From positions 270,967-334,966 of the forward strand of contig JAWLAI010000007.1 in the NCBI GenBank assembly GCA_041395565.1: a stretch of 64,000 nucleotides of DNA. The letters run 5' to 3'. The notes under the pieces are model-generated. The model did not search any database, had not been told where the DNA came from, and saw only the letters and a list, made by a program, of their open reading frames with translations. Source of the stretch: Pseudomonadota bacterium (GTDB lineage: Bacteria > Pseudomonadota > Gammaproteobacteria > UBA9214). A program made the position numbers and the translations under genes. This document shows, piece by piece, positions 32,830 to 43,151 of the stretch; positions within the stretch are counted from its first letter, which is position 1; the number at the start of each line of letters is the position of its first letter.

Positions 32830-34284
32830 ATGAAGCAGTCCCTGCAACTCAAACTCGGCCAGAATCTGACCATGACCCCCCAGCTGCAGCAGGCTATCCG
32901 CCTGCTGCAGCTGTCCACGCTGGAACTGCAGACCGAGGTGCAGATGGCGCTGGAATCCAATCCGATGCTCGAACAGGACGATGGCAGCGGCGGCAGCGGC
33001 GACCTCGGCGAGCCGGTTACCGAATCCGGCAGTGCCGAGCACGAAACCACGGCGGGGAGCAACGGCGAGGCGGATGCCATCCCGGAAGAACTGCCGGTCG
33101 ACAGTAACTGGGAGGACATCTTCGATACCGGTGCCACCAGCTACAGCGCCCCCGACACCAGTAACCGCGACTACTTGGATACGGTGACCGTCAGCGGTGA
33201 GAACCTCCACGACCACCTGCTCTGGCAACTGGAACTGTCCAGCTTTTCCGATACCGACCTGGCGATTGCCCACACCGTCATCGACGCTATCAACGAGGAC
33301 GGCTACCTCAGCATCGGCGCCGAAGACATCCGCAAGTCGCTAGGCGCCGATTTCGAGGTGGATACGGACGAAATCGAGGCCGTCATCCACCGCGTCCAGC
33401 AGTTCGATCCGCTCGGGGTGGGTGCCCGGGACCTGCAGGAAAGCCTGCTGCTGCAGCTGCAGCAGTTCGCCGATGGCACCCCCTGGCTGCGCGAGGCACG
33501 CCTGCTGGTGCGCGATCATTTCGGCCTGTTGAGCAACCGTGACTACAACCGCATCAGCAGCAAGCTGAAACTGGGCAAGGACGACCTGCAGCAGGTGATC
33601 CAGCTGATCCAGTCACTGAATCCGCGGCCCGGCGCCGGCTACACGACGGCGGCGCCCGAATACATCGTCCCGGACGTGTACGTGTTCCGCAAGGACGGCA
33701 GCTGGCAGGTCGAACTGAATCCCGATTCGATCCCCAAGCTGCGCATCAATTCGATGTACGCGAACATGATCAAGCGCGGCAGCAACAGCTCGGACAACAA
33801 CTACCTCAGGGACAACCTCCAGGAAGCACGCTGGTTCCTGAAAAGCCTGCAGAGTCGCCACGAAACCCTGCTCAAGGTCGCCAACTGCATCGTCGAGCGC
33901 CAGCACGGTTTTCTCGAGCATGGCGACGAGGCCATGCGTCCCATGGTGCTGCGCAGCATAGCCGAGGCCATCGGCATGCACGAGTCGACCGTTTCGCGCG
34001 TCACCACGCGCAAATACATGCATACTCCGCGCGGCATCTACGAATTCAAGTATTTCTTCTCCAGCCACGTCACCACGGAAACCGGCGGAGAATGTTCGGC
34101 CACGGCCATCCGGGCAATCATCAAGAAGCTGGTGGCCGCGGAAAACCCGGCGAAACCGCTCAGCGACAGCAAGATGGCCAGCGTCCTGGCCGATCAGGGT
34201 ATCAACGTCGCCCGCCGCACCATTGCCAAGTACCGGGAATCGCTCTCGATATCGCCGTCCAACGAACGCAAACGCCTCACCTAG
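32830..34284 (+). CDS. rpoN: RNA polymerase sigma-54 factor
   Basis: 484 aa; N-terminal Gln/Leu-rich region I, C-terminal RpoN box (ARRTIAKYRE). Confidence 0.95.
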   Translation: MKQSLQLKLGQNLTMTPQLQQAIRLLQLSTLELQTEVQMALESNPMLEQDDGSGGSGDLGEPVTESGSAEHETTAGSNGEADAIPEELPVDSNWEDIFDTGATSYSAPDTSNRDYLDTVTVSGENLHDHLLWQLELSSFSDTDLAIAHTVIDAINEDGYLSIGAEDIRKSLGADFEVDTDEIEAVIHRVQQFDPLGVGARDLQESLLLQLQQFADGTPWLREARLLVRDHFGLLSNRDYNRISSKLKLGKDDLQQVIQLIQSLNPRPGAGYTTAAPEYIVPDVYVFRKDGSWQVELNPDSIPKLRINSMYANMIKRGSNSSDNNYLRDNLQEARWFLKSLQSRHETLLKVANCIVERQHGFLEHGDEAMRPMVLRSIAEAIGMHESTVSRVTTRKYMHTPRGIYEFKYFFSSHVTTETGGECSATAIRAIIKKLVAAENPAKPLSDSKMASVLADQGINVARRTIAKYRESLSISPSNERKRLT

Positions 34285-34309
34285 GCTCTACCGAACAAGG
34301 AGTGCAGTC

Positions 34310-34630
34310 ATGCAAATCAGCCTGACCGGAAACCACGTCGAACTGACCGACCCCCTGCGCGAATACGTCAACACCAAGATGGAACGCCTCGAGCGCCATT
34401 TCGATATCGTGCGCGAAATCCACGTCGTCTTGAGCGTGGAAAAGCTGCGTCACAAGGCCGAAGCGACGGTGCACATCAACGGCAACAACCTGTTCGCCGA
34501 CTCGGTCCAGGAGGATATGTACGCGGCCATCGACGCCCTGACCGACAAGCTCGACCGCCAGGTGAAAAAGCACAAGGAAAAGATGACCGATCATCATCGC
34601 AGCGAAGGCTCGATCTCCAAGGACCTGTAG
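34310..34630 (+). CDS. hpf: ribosome hibernation promoting factor
   Basis: 106 aa from MQISLTGNHVELTD; AAGGAG RBS; conserved position after rpoN. Confidence 0.9.
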   Translation: MQISLTGNHVELTDPLREYVNTKMERLERHFDIVREIHVVLSVEKLRHKAEATVHINGNNLFADSVQEDMYAAIDALTDKLDRQVKKHKEKMTDHHRSEGSISKDL

Positions 34631-34693
34631 TGTAACCGTGCACGCGCGCCATGACCGGGCAGACCGCCTGTCACACCCGACTCCCACACGATC

Positions 34694-35164
34694 ATGAACA
34701 TTACTTCCCTATTGACACCGGAACGCGTCGTCTGCTGTGACAACATCGCAAGCAAGAAGCGGCTGCTGGAACACCTGAGCGAACTGCTCGGCAACAGCGC
34801 GCCGCACCTGTCGCAGCAGGCGATCTTCGACGCGCTGGTAAACCGCGAGAAACTCGGCAGCACCGGACTCGGACGGGGTGTCGCCATCCCGCATGGCCGC
34901 ATGGCCATGCTCGAGGAACCGGTATGCGCCTTCATCAAGGTGGAAAAGCCGGTCGATTTCGATGCCGCAGATGACCAGCCCGTGGATCTGGTGTTCTGCC
35001 TGCTGGTGCCGGAGGACTCGACCGAGGAACACCTGCAGGTCCTGTCCACGATCGCGGAAATCTTCAGCAACCCCGCCATGTGCAGCGCGCTGCGCGAATG
35101 CGACAGCGGTGAATGCATAATGCAGCAACTCTACCAGTGGGAACGCCAGCGCATTTCCGCATGA
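34694..35164 (+). CDS. ptsN: PTS IIA-Ntr (nitrogen regulatory EIIA)
   Basis: 156 aa; phosphorylatable His context GVAIPHGRM. Confidence 0.9.
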   Translation: MNITSLLTPERVVCCDNIASKKRLLEHLSELLGNSAPHLSQQAIFDALVNREKLGSTGLGRGVAIPHGRMAMLEEPVCAFIKVEKPVDFDAADDQPVDLVFCLLVPEDSTEEHLQVLSTIAEIFSNPAMCSALRECDSGECIMQQLYQWERQRISA

Positions 35165-36105
35165 GCACAACGCTTGATGTCCGGACGCTGTATGACGACC
35201 TGGAGGAGAAGCTCGGGCTGAGATGGATTTGCGGCGCCGAATTCGAGCACAAGATCATTCACGCCAGCAGGACCCCGGCCACCGAGGTTTCCCTGGTCGG
35301 CCAGCTCAACCTCATCAACCCCCATGTCATCCAGATCCTCGGCAGGAAGGAACTCGAGTATTTCGACAAGCTGAGACAGAACTCGCGCAAGGACGCCATC
35401 GCCCAGCTCTATGCCGGCGAGTCGACGCTGGTAATCCTCGCCGGCAGGCTCGAGGCGCCGGAAGATCTGCAGGCAGCGGCGCAGGCGCGGCAGACGCCGC
35501 TGCTGTCCTCGCAGCTGAAGAGCCAGGAGACGATTGAGAACCTGCAGTACTACCTGACCAACTATTTCGCCGAGAAAATCACTCTGCACGGCGTGTTCCT
35601 GGAAGTCATGGGCACCGGCGTGCTGATCACCGGGGAATCGAGCATCGGCAAGAGCGAGCTGGCGCTGGAGCTGCTGACCCGCGGACATCGCCTGATCGCG
35701 GATGACGCGCCGGAATTCGCCCGCGTCGCGCCGGATACGCTGATCGGCACCTGCCCGGAAATGCTGCGCGAGTTTCTCGAGGTGCGCGGGCTCGGCATCC
35801 TCAACGTCCGCGCCATGTTCGGTGCCAGCGCCATCAAGCAAAGCCGCAACCTGCGGCTGATCATCCGGCTGCAGGACATGGACGAGGCGGTGAAGATGGA
35901 CCGCCTGCACGGCAGCCGGCACCTGCGCACCATCCAGGACGTCGAGATCCCCGAGGTCACCCTGCCGGTCGGACCCGGCCGCAACCTCTCGGTGCTGGTT
36001 GAAGCCGCGGTACGCAACCACATCCTCATCAGCAAGGGTTACGATGCCAGCGAGGCCTTCATCGAGCGGCAGAAGAAACGCCTGGAAAAGGCCCACGAGC
36101 CCTGA
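35161..36105 (+). CDS. hprK: HPr kinase/phosphorylase
   Basis: 314 aa; P-loop GESSIGKSE; ATG overlaps the ptsN stop (ATGA). Confidence 0.9.
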   Translation: MSTTLDVRTLYDDLEEKLGLRWICGAEFEHKIIHASRTPATEVSLVGQLNLINPHVIQILGRKELEYFDKLRQNSRKDAIAQLYAGESTLVILAGRLEAPEDLQAAAQARQTPLLSSQLKSQETIENLQYYLTNYFAEKITLHGVFLEVMGTGVLITGESSIGKSELALELLTRGHRLIADDAPEFARVAPDTLIGTCPEMLREFLEVRGLGILNVRAMFGASAIKQSRNLRLIIRLQDMDEAVKMDRLHGSRHLRTIQDVEIPEVTLPVGPGRNLSVLVEAAVRNHILISKGYDASEAFIERQKKRLEKAHEP

Positions 36106-36110
36106 CTGCC

Positions 36111-36980
36111 ATGGCGCGCATGAACCTGGTCATCATCAGCGGACTGTCGGGCTCCGGCAAGAGCGTGGCCCTGCACGCCCTCGAAGACATGGACTTCTAC
36201 TGCATCGACAATCTGCCGATCGGCCTGCTGGCCGCGTTTGCCAGCGATTTCCAGGAGCACGATCTCGCGCAAACCGGCAAGGTGGCCGTCGGCATCGATG
36301 CACGCAACCGGGGCGATTGGCTGGAGCGGTTTCCGGAAATCATCGACGGGCTGCGCGCACGCGGCTTCGAATGCCGGATCCTGTTTCTCCAGGCCGATGA
36401 TCCCACGCTGCTGAAACGCTTCAGCGAAACGCGTCGCAAGCACCCGCTCAGCAACAGCCGTACGCCGCTGTCCGACGCGATCGTGCGCGAACGCGCCTTG
36501 CTGGAACCGATCGCCGCCAATGCCGACCTCTTCATCGATACCAGCCGCACCAACGTTCACCAGCTGCGCGAGCTCATCATGGAAAGCATCGGCAAGACCC
36601 ACGGCAAGGGTTTTGCGCTGCTGCTGCGCTCGTTCGGCTACAAGCACGGCATACCGGCCGATGCCGATTTCGTGTTCGATGCGCGCTGCCTGCCGAATCC
36701 GCACTGGCAGCCGGACTTGCGTAACCGGACCGGACTTGATAAAGAAGTGGCTGACTACCTTGAATCGCAGCCGGTTGTAGCCGAATACCTGGAACAGCTC
36801 GCGCAGTTCCTGCAGCGCTGGATCCCGAAATTCATGGCTGACAACCGCAGCTATCTCAGTATCGCGATCGGCTGCACGGGAGGCCAGCACCGTTCCGTCT
36901 ACCTGGTCGACCGGCTGGCCGCACAACTGGGCAATACAGTAGGCGAGGTCCTGACCCGCCACCGGGAGCTGCAGGCATGA
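36111..36980 (+). CDS. rapZ: RNase adapter protein RapZ (YhbJ)
   Basis: Walker A GLSGSGKS; conserved in the rpoN cluster. Confidence 0.9.
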   Translation: MARMNLVIISGLSGSGKSVALHALEDMDFYCIDNLPIGLLAAFASDFQEHDLAQTGKVAVGIDARNRGDWLERFPEIIDGLRARGFECRILFLQADDPTLLKRFSETRRKHPLSNSRTPLSDAIVRERALLEPIAANADLFIDTSRTNVHQLRELIMESIGKTHGKGFALLLRSFGYKHGIPADADFVFDARCLPNPHWQPDLRNRTGLDKEVADYLESQPVVAEYLEQLAQFLQRWIPKFMADNRSYLSIAIGCTGGQHRSVYLVDRLAAQLGNTVGEVLTRHRELQA

Positions 36981-37375
36981 GCGGAGTGTTACTGATAACC
37001 CACGGCAATATCGGGCAGGACATGCTGGATACGGTCACCGCCATCCTGGGCGGCTGCCCGCTGGATGCACTGGCACTTGGCGTCGCTTCCGATTGCGATC
37101 CCGATGCCATCTACGCGACCGCTCGCGAGAGCTGCGCGTCGCTGGACGACGGCAGCGGTGTACTGGTGCTGACCGATCTTTTCGGCAGCACCCCCAGCAA
37201 TATCGCCAATCGCCTGCTCGATAGCAACAACGTCACGGTGGTGGCCGGCATCAACATGCCGATGCTGCTGCGCGTCATGAATTATCCCGACCGCGAGCTC
37301 GCCGAGCTCGCGGAATGCGCCGCCAGCGGCGCGCGTAACGGCATCGTACTCACGCAGACAAGGCAGGCATCCTGA
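36977..37375 (+). CDS. PTS EIIA component, mannose/fructose family
   Basis: 132 aa; LLITHGNIG N-terminus typical of EIIA-Man. Confidence 0.8.
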   Translation: MSGVLLITHGNIGQDMLDTVTAILGGCPLDALALGVASDCDPDAIYATARESCASLDDGSGVLVLTDLFGSTPSNIANRLLDSNNVTVVAGINMPMLLRVMNYPDRELAELAECAASGARNGIVLTQTRQAS

Positions 37376-37376
37376 G

Positions 37377-37646
37377 ATGCAGGAACGTTCAGTCACCATC
37401 GTCAACAAGCTCGGCCTGCACGCCCGCGCGGCGGCCAAGTTCGTCACCACCGCCTCGGGTTTCGCCAGCAGCATCGATGTCGCGAAAAACGGTCAGCGGG
37501 TCAACGGCAAGAGCATCATGGGGGTCATGATGCTGGCAGCATCGCGCGGCACCGAGCTGATCATCATCACGTCGGGCACTGACGAACAGGAAGCGGCAGA
37601 AAGTCTCGTGCAGCTGATCCAGGACAAATTCGGGGAAAACGAATAA
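37377..37646 (+). CDS. ptsH: phosphocarrier protein HPr/NPr
   Basis: 89 aa; active-site GLHARAA; Ser-46 region GKSIMGVM (HprK target). Confidence 0.9.
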   Translation: MQERSVTIVNKLGLHARAAAKFVTTASGFASSIDVAKNGQRVNGKSIMGVMMLAASRGTELIIITSGTDEQEAAESLVQLIQDKFGENE

Positions 37647-37706
37647 GACAGGCGTGCAGGCTGGCGTCAGCGCCGCCTCCGCCGGCACCAGGGGGCGACA
37701 GGCACC

Positions 37707-39446
37707 ATGAGCCTGATGTTATCCGGCATCGGTATCTCGCGCGGCATTGCCATCGGCAAGGCCCACTTCATGCGCAACAGCATCGAGGTTCAGCAGCGGA
37801 GCATTCCGGCGCCGCTGCTGGAACGCGAGAGCGCGCGTTTTCTCGCCGCCGTCGAGCTCGCGCGCAGCCAGCTGCGCGCGATCCGCGAGCGGATCCCGAC
37901 GGAAACCAGCGTCGATATCACCGCGTTCATCGACACCCACCTGCTGATGCTCGACGATGCCACGCTGGTCACTTCGCCGCTGGAATTGATCCGGGAGCTG
38001 GGCTGCAACGCCGAGTGGGCACTCAAGCAGCAGCGCGATGCCGTCATCAGCGTGTTCGAGAAAATGGACGATCCCTACCTGCGCACCCGCAGCGACGACG
38101 TCGACCATGTCGTCAACCGCATCCTGCGCATCCTGGTCGACTGCGAGCACAACGACGGGACGGCCGAACCGGGCCAGCTGGCGGACGCCATCGTGCTGGC
38201 CGACGAACTGACTCCCGCGGAGACCGTCCTGCTCAAGCACCAGGGCATGACGGCCTTCGCCACGGAATTCGGCGGCCCGCTCTCGCACACCGCGATCCTC
38301 TCGCGCAGCATGCAGATACCGGCCGTGGTTGGCGTGCACGGCATCCTGCGCTACCTGCGCGACGGTGAAACACTCATCCTGGACGGCCTGCAGGGTATCG
38401 TCATCGCCGACCCCGACTCCGGCACCCTCGCCCACTACCAGCAGCGCCAGCGGGACGAATGGCGCCGGCAACAGGACCTGGCGCGCCTGGCCAGCCGCCC
38501 GGCGATCACCCTGGATCGGCAGCCGGTGCGGCTGCTGGCCAACATCGAGCTGCCCGAGGATATCGAGGCCGTCGGCGTCACCAATGTCGATGGCGTCGGA
38601 CTGTACCGGACGGAATTCCTGTTCATGAACCGCCAGCTCCCGCCCGACGAACAGGAGCAGTTCGAAACCTACCTGGCCGTGCTCGACGCGCTCAAGGGCA
38701 AACCGCTCACGATCCGCACCCTGGACATGGGCGCCGACAAACAGGTGGACAGCGGCAAGGGCCGCTGCGCCAGCAACCCGGCCCTGGGGCTGCGCGCCGT
38801 GCGCCTGTGCCTCAAGGATCTGTCGCTGTTCCGGCCGCAACTGCGCGCCATCCTGCGCGCCTCCGCGCATGGCCCGGTGCGCATGATGATTCCCATGCTC
38901 ACCAATACCCAGGAACTCCACCAGGTACTGGCGCTGGTCAGCGAGACCCGCAACGCGCTGCAGCGCGAGGGCCTGGCATTCGATCCACACATGCAGATCG
39001 GCGGCATGATCGAGATCCCGGCGGCGGCGCTGTCGGCACGCGAATTCGCCCGCCACCTGGACTTCCTGTCCATCGGCACCAATGACCTCATCCAGTACAC
39101 CCTCGCGATCGACCGCGTCGACGACGAGGTCAACTACCTGTACGACCCGCTGCATCCCGCGGTTCTGCGCCTGATCCAGATGACCATAGAGGCCGGTCGG
39201 GCGGCCGGCATTCCCGTGGCCATGTGCGGCGAGATGGCGGGCGATCCCCGCTATACCCGGCTGCTGCTCGGCATGGGACTGACCGAGTTCAGCATGCATC
39301 ACACCTCGCTGCAGGAAGTGAAGAGCGTCATCAACAGCAGCCACGTCGCCACACTGCGTCCGCTGGTCGAGGAACTCGTCAGCCACACGACCGCCGGCCA
39401 GATCCATGCCCGCGTCGAATCCCTGAACAGCAACCTTACCGAATGA
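37707..39446 (+). CDS. ptsI: phosphoenolpyruvate-protein phosphotransferase (Enzyme I; no GAF domain)
   Basis: 579 aa; PEP-utilising enzyme domains; catalytic-His region GGPLSHTAILSRSMQIPAVVG. Confidence 0.9.
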   Translation: MSLMLSGIGISRGIAIGKAHFMRNSIEVQQRSIPAPLLERESARFLAAVELARSQLRAIRERIPTETSVDITAFIDTHLLMLDDATLVTSPLELIRELGCNAEWALKQQRDAVISVFEKMDDPYLRTRSDDVDHVVNRILRILVDCEHNDGTAEPGQLADAIVLADELTPAETVLLKHQGMTAFATEFGGPLSHTAILSRSMQIPAVVGVHGILRYLRDGETLILDGLQGIVIADPDSGTLAHYQQRQRDEWRRQQDLARLASRPAITLDRQPVRLLANIELPEDIEAVGVTNVDGVGLYRTEFLFMNRQLPPDEQEQFETYLAVLDALKGKPLTIRTLDMGADKQVDSGKGRCASNPALGLRAVRLCLKDLSLFRPQLRAILRASAHGPVRMMIPMLTNTQELHQVLALVSETRNALQREGLAFDPHMQIGGMIEIPAAALSAREFARHLDFLSIGTNDLIQYTLAIDRVDDEVNYLYDPLHPAVLRLIQMTIEAGRAAGIPVAMCGEMAGDPRYTRLLLGMGLTEFSMHHTSLQEVKSVINSSHVATLRPLVEELVSHTTAGQIHARVESLNSNLTE

Positions 39447-39516
39447 GCGGTGTGCTACACTGCCCTTGCCGGCGCTGGCGGGGGGACCGTTTGCGCGTCC
39501 GGGAAACGACACGGCC

Positions 39517-40875
39517 ATGAACGAAACCACGACCACAAAAATAAGCGAGAGCCGGCTGGAGCGCCTGACGCGGGCGCTGGACTCCGGAGCGGCCGGGCAG
39601 GTGCGCTACCTGCTGACCAATCTGCACGCGGCCGAGATCGCCGAACTGCTGGAGTCCTTCCCGCACGGACCGCGCGAGATCCTGTGGGAACTGGTTGACC
39701 CGGATGACCGCGGTGAGATCCTGGTCCACCTCAACGAGGAGGTCCGCGCCGGCCTGATCCGGGAGATGGAGACCCACGACCTGGTCGCCGCGACCGAGGG
39801 GCTCGATCCGGACGACCTGGTGGACCTGCTGCAGGATCTGCCGGACGCGGTGACCCGGGAGATCATGCGCGTCATGGACAAGCAGAATCGCGTGCGGCTG
39901 GAAGCGATTCTGCATTACCCGGAGGACTCTGCCGGCGGCCTGATGAACGTCGACGTCATCACCGTGCGCGCCGACGTGACGCTGGACGTGGTGCTGCGCT
40001 ACCTGCGCCTGCACAAGGAGATGCCGGAGACCACGGATACGCTGTTCGTGGTCGACCGCAACGACCGCTACCGTGGCTCGCTGCCGCTGACCAGCCTGCT
40101 CACCAACGACCCCGACCTGATGGTGGCGGCGGTCATGCACCGCGAGGTCAAACCCATCCTCGCCAGTACGCCGGACGTCGAGGTCGCGCGGCTGTTCGAA
40201 AACCACGACCTGGTCACCGCGCCGGTGGTCAACGACGACAACAAGCTGCTCGGTCGCATCACCATCGATGACGTCGTGGACGTGATTCGCGATGACGCCG
40301 AGCATTCCCTGCTGAGCATGGCCGGCCTCGACGAAGAGGACGACACCTTCGCCCCCATCGTCAAGAGCGCGCGGCGGCGCGCCGTCTGGCTCGGCATCAA
40401 CCTGGCAACCGCCTTTCTCGCGTCCTGGGTGATCGGCCGTTTTCAGGCCACCATCGAGCAGGTGGTCGCGCTCGCCGTACTGATGCCCATCGTCGCCAGC
40501 ATGGGCGGCATCGCCGGCAGCCAGACCCTCATTATCGTGATCCGCGGCCTGGCGCTGGGCCAGCTCGGCGCCAGCAACGCACGCTGGCTGATGTACAAGG
40601 AGCTGTCGGTCGCCATCATCAACGGTATCGGCTGGGCACTGGTGGTGGCGGTGATCTCGGCGCTGTGGTTCCACAACACCAATATCGGCGTCATCATCGC
40701 CGTGGCACTGATCGTCAACCTGTTCTGCGCCGCACTGGCCGGCCTGTCCATTCCCTTCTTCCTCAAGCGTGTCAACATCGATCCGGCGCATGCCGGCTCC
40801 GTGATCCTGACCACGGTCACCGACGTGGTCGGTTTCCTGGTGTTCCTGGGGCTGGGGACGCTGTTTCTGCTGTAA
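39517..40875 (+). CDS. mgtE: magnesium transporter MgtE (CBS pair + TM channel domain)
   Basis: 452 aa from MNETTTTKI...; MgtE N-domain, 2 CBS, 5 TM. Confidence 0.9.
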   Translation: MNETTTTKISESRLERLTRALDSGAAGQVRYLLTNLHAAEIAELLESFPHGPREILWELVDPDDRGEILVHLNEEVRAGLIREMETHDLVAATEGLDPDDLVDLLQDLPDAVTREIMRVMDKQNRVRLEAILHYPEDSAGGLMNVDVITVRADVTLDVVLRYLRLHKEMPETTDTLFVVDRNDRYRGSLPLTSLLTNDPDLMVAAVMHREVKPILASTPDVEVARLFENHDLVTAPVVNDDNKLLGRITIDDVVDVIRDDAEHSLLSMAGLDEEDDTFAPIVKSARRRAVWLGINLATAFLASWVIGRFQATIEQVVALAVLMPIVASMGGIAGSQTLIIVIRGLALGQLGASNARWLMYKELSVAIINGIGWALVVAVISALWFHNTNIGVIIAVALIVNLFCAALAGLSIPFFLKRVNIDPAHAGSVILTTVTDVVGFLVFLGLGTLFLL

Positions 40876-41124
40876 ATCCCGCTCTGTGGCAAGACGCAAG
40901 GCCGCCAGGCACAAGGCGCGCCCGCGCAATACACCGGATTTTCGCTCCCGCCGGTGCCACTGCTGGTACCGGCGGTGGCACCGGCGCTGCAGGCATTGAT
41001 CAGAGCCGCGCGCCGTCTGCGGCACTGTTCCAATCGGTATCCGGTGGTATAGACTGCAGGAATGACCGGGACAAACCACCATCAACCGGTCGGCTGGCAT
41101 TAACAATAACTATCTGGGGGAAGC

Positions 41125-41469
41125 ATGAAAATCCACGCTATCATTCCGGCACTGATGCTGGCCTGTCCGCCGGTGTATGCGAACGAGGTAAGCACGCAAC
41201 TCGAAGCCATGCCTGCGCCGGAGCGGGCCAATGCCCTGGCCGGCGTCCTGCGGCAGAGTGGCAGGGATTGCAGCAACGTCTTTCGTATTTTTCTGCAGGG
41301 CCACGACAGCGGGGATGTCGCGTTCTGGAATGTCACGTGCAGCAACGGCAAATCCTATAACATTCTGGTTAACCCGGACCCGGATGCGCAGACCGCCATC
41401 ATCGATTGCAGCGATATGCGGGCCATTGCGGGGATAGACTGCTTCGAGCAATTCATAACTGCCGACTGA
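41125..41469 (+). CDS. small secreted hypothetical protein with four Cys in repeated D/T-C-S/F contexts
   Basis: 114 aa; signal peptide MKIHAIIPALMLACPPVYA; GGGGGAAG RBS; local GC about 55% versus about 67% surrounding. Confidence 0.55.
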   Translation: MKIHAIIPALMLACPPVYANEVSTQLEAMPAPERANALAGVLRQSGRDCSNVFRIFLQGHDSGDVAFWNVTCSNGKSYNILVNPDPDAQTAIIDCSDMRAIAGIDCFEQFITAD

Positions 41470-41706
41470 TGAGCGCGCTGCAATTCGCCAGCATGCTCGG
41501 CAATGCTGCAACACACACAATTGCAGGCACCCTGGCGCCTGGCACGCTGGCTGGATAATATCCGGCCCGCCTCGCGGCAACTGCATTCCTCGCGTTGCCC
41601 CGGTACCGGCACCCTGCCGCACCCAGCCCCGTACGCGTATCGCCCACATCCCGGAAGCCGCGTGTGCGGCAGGTTCACATGGCGATTATGCGCACGACGG
41701 ATCTGG

Positions 41707-43065
41707 TCACGACCCCGCGATGGTCAGGTGATCGATCAGGACCGACCCGGTGCGGATGTTGCCGCGCGGATCGACGTCGCTACCCACCGCGGCGATACCC
41801 ATGAAGATATCCCTGAGATTGCCGGCCACGGTGATCTCATCGACCGGATAGGCGATTGCGCCGTTCTCGACCCAGAAGCCGGCGGCCCCGCGCGAATAGT
41901 CTCCGGTGACGATGTTCACGCCGAAACCGATGAACTCGGTCACCAGCAGGCCGGTGCCCATCTCGCGCAGCAGACCGTCCAGGTCGTGCGTGCCTGGCTC
42001 GACGATCAGGTTATGCACACCGCCGGCGTTGCCGGTGGTGTGCATGCCGAGCTTGCGCGCCGCGTAGCTGTTCAGCACGTAGCCCTGCAGGATGCCGTCA
42101 CGCACGATGTCACGTGCCTGCGTCGCCACCCCTTCCGCGTCGTACGGTGCGCTGCCCAGCGCCTTGGGCAGGTGCGGCTGCTCGTGGATATGCATGAAGT
42201 GCGGAAATACCGGTTTGCCGAGGTGGTCGAGCAAGAAGCTGGATTTGCGGTACAGGTTGCTGCCGCTGATGGCATTGATGAAATGCCCGAACAGGCTGGC
42301 GGCACTTTCCGCGGCAACGACGACCGGCGCGGTGCGCGTGGTCAGGCGCCGCGTACCCAGACGCCGCGCGGTACGCGCTCCGGCCCGGCGACCCACGGCG
42401 GCCGGTGCTTCCAGATCGGCGCGGTCGCGGGCCGCGGTCGACCAGTAATCACGCTGCATCTCATCGCCCTGGCGCCCGATCACCGCACAACTGATGCTGT
42501 GATAGCTGCTGCGGTAGCATCCCCGGAAGCCCAGACTGTTGGCCTTGACCCGCAGACTCACATAACTGGCAACCGTCGCACCCTCGGAATTCTCGATGCG
42601 CGGATCCACCGCCCGGGCGGCATCCTCGCATTCCCGGGCCAGCACGATGGCCTGCTCGGCCCCGGGTTCCCAGGGATGGTACAGGTCGAGGTCGGGAATG
42701 TCCGTGGCGAGCCGGTCGGCATCGGCCAGCCCGGCGTAGGGATCCTTGCTCGTATAGCGCGCGATATCGCAGGCGGACTGCACCGTCGCCGCGACGGCGT
42801 CCGGCCCGAAGTCCGCGGTCGTGGCCGTGCCCTTGCGCTGATCGAAATAGACCGTCAGCCCCAGCACGCGGTCGCGGTTGAATTCCAGCGTCTCGGTCTC
42901 GCCCAGGCGCACGGTCACCGCCAGGCCGGCGTCGATGCTGACCCCCGCCTCCACCTGGTCGGCACCGGCGGACCGGGCCCGGGCAATGACATCCTGCACC
43001 AGCGCCTCCAGCTGCGCGGCCTCCGGCAGCGGTGCGGTCGGATCGGTGATCTGGCTGGCTGGCAT
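41707..43065 (-). CDS. pmbA: metalloprotease PmbA (TldE)
   Basis: 452 aa, TldD/PmbA family; paired divergently with yjgA as in E. coli. Confidence 0.9.
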   Translation of the reverse strand: MPASQITDPTAPLPEAAQLEALVQDVIARARSAGADQVEAGVSIDAGLAVTVRLGETETLEFNRDRVLGLTVYFDQRKGTATTADFGPDAVAATVQSACDIARYTSKDPYAGLADADRLATDIPDLDLYHPWEPGAEQAIVLARECEDAARAVDPRIENSEGATVASYVSLRVKANSLGFRGCYRSSYHSISCAVIGRQGDEMQRDYWSTAARDRADLEAPAAVGRRAGARTARRLGTRRLTTRTAPVVVAAESAASLFGHFINAISGSNLYRKSSFLLDHLGKPVFPHFMHIHEQPHLPKALGSAPYDAEGVATQARDIVRDGILQGYVLNSYAARKLGMHTTGNAGGVHNLIVEPGTHDLDGLLREMGTGLLVTEFIGFGVNIVTGDYSRGAAGFWVENGAIAYPVDEITVAGNLRDIFMGIAAVGSDVDPRGNIRTGSVLIDHLTIAGS

Positions 43066-43151
43066 GGTCGTCCCTCGGGCTGAAAGGACGGATTCTACCG
43101 GCCCGCAGGGTACCGGACAAACCCGGGGAAAACGACTATCCTTGCACCCGT

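Noticed and set aside
32462-32833. 123-aa ORF filling the lptB-rpoN spacer (GTG start overlapping the lptB stop)
   Set aside because: Pro/Arg/Cys-rich with no recognisable domain; it is more likely non-coding promoter/leader sequence, although a small protein cannot be excluded.
40950-40990. 12-bp inverted repeat CGCCGGTGCCAC…GTGGCACCGGCG downstream of mgtE
   Set aside because: No T-tract follows; it may be a weak terminator or a stability element, and there is not enough evidence to call it.
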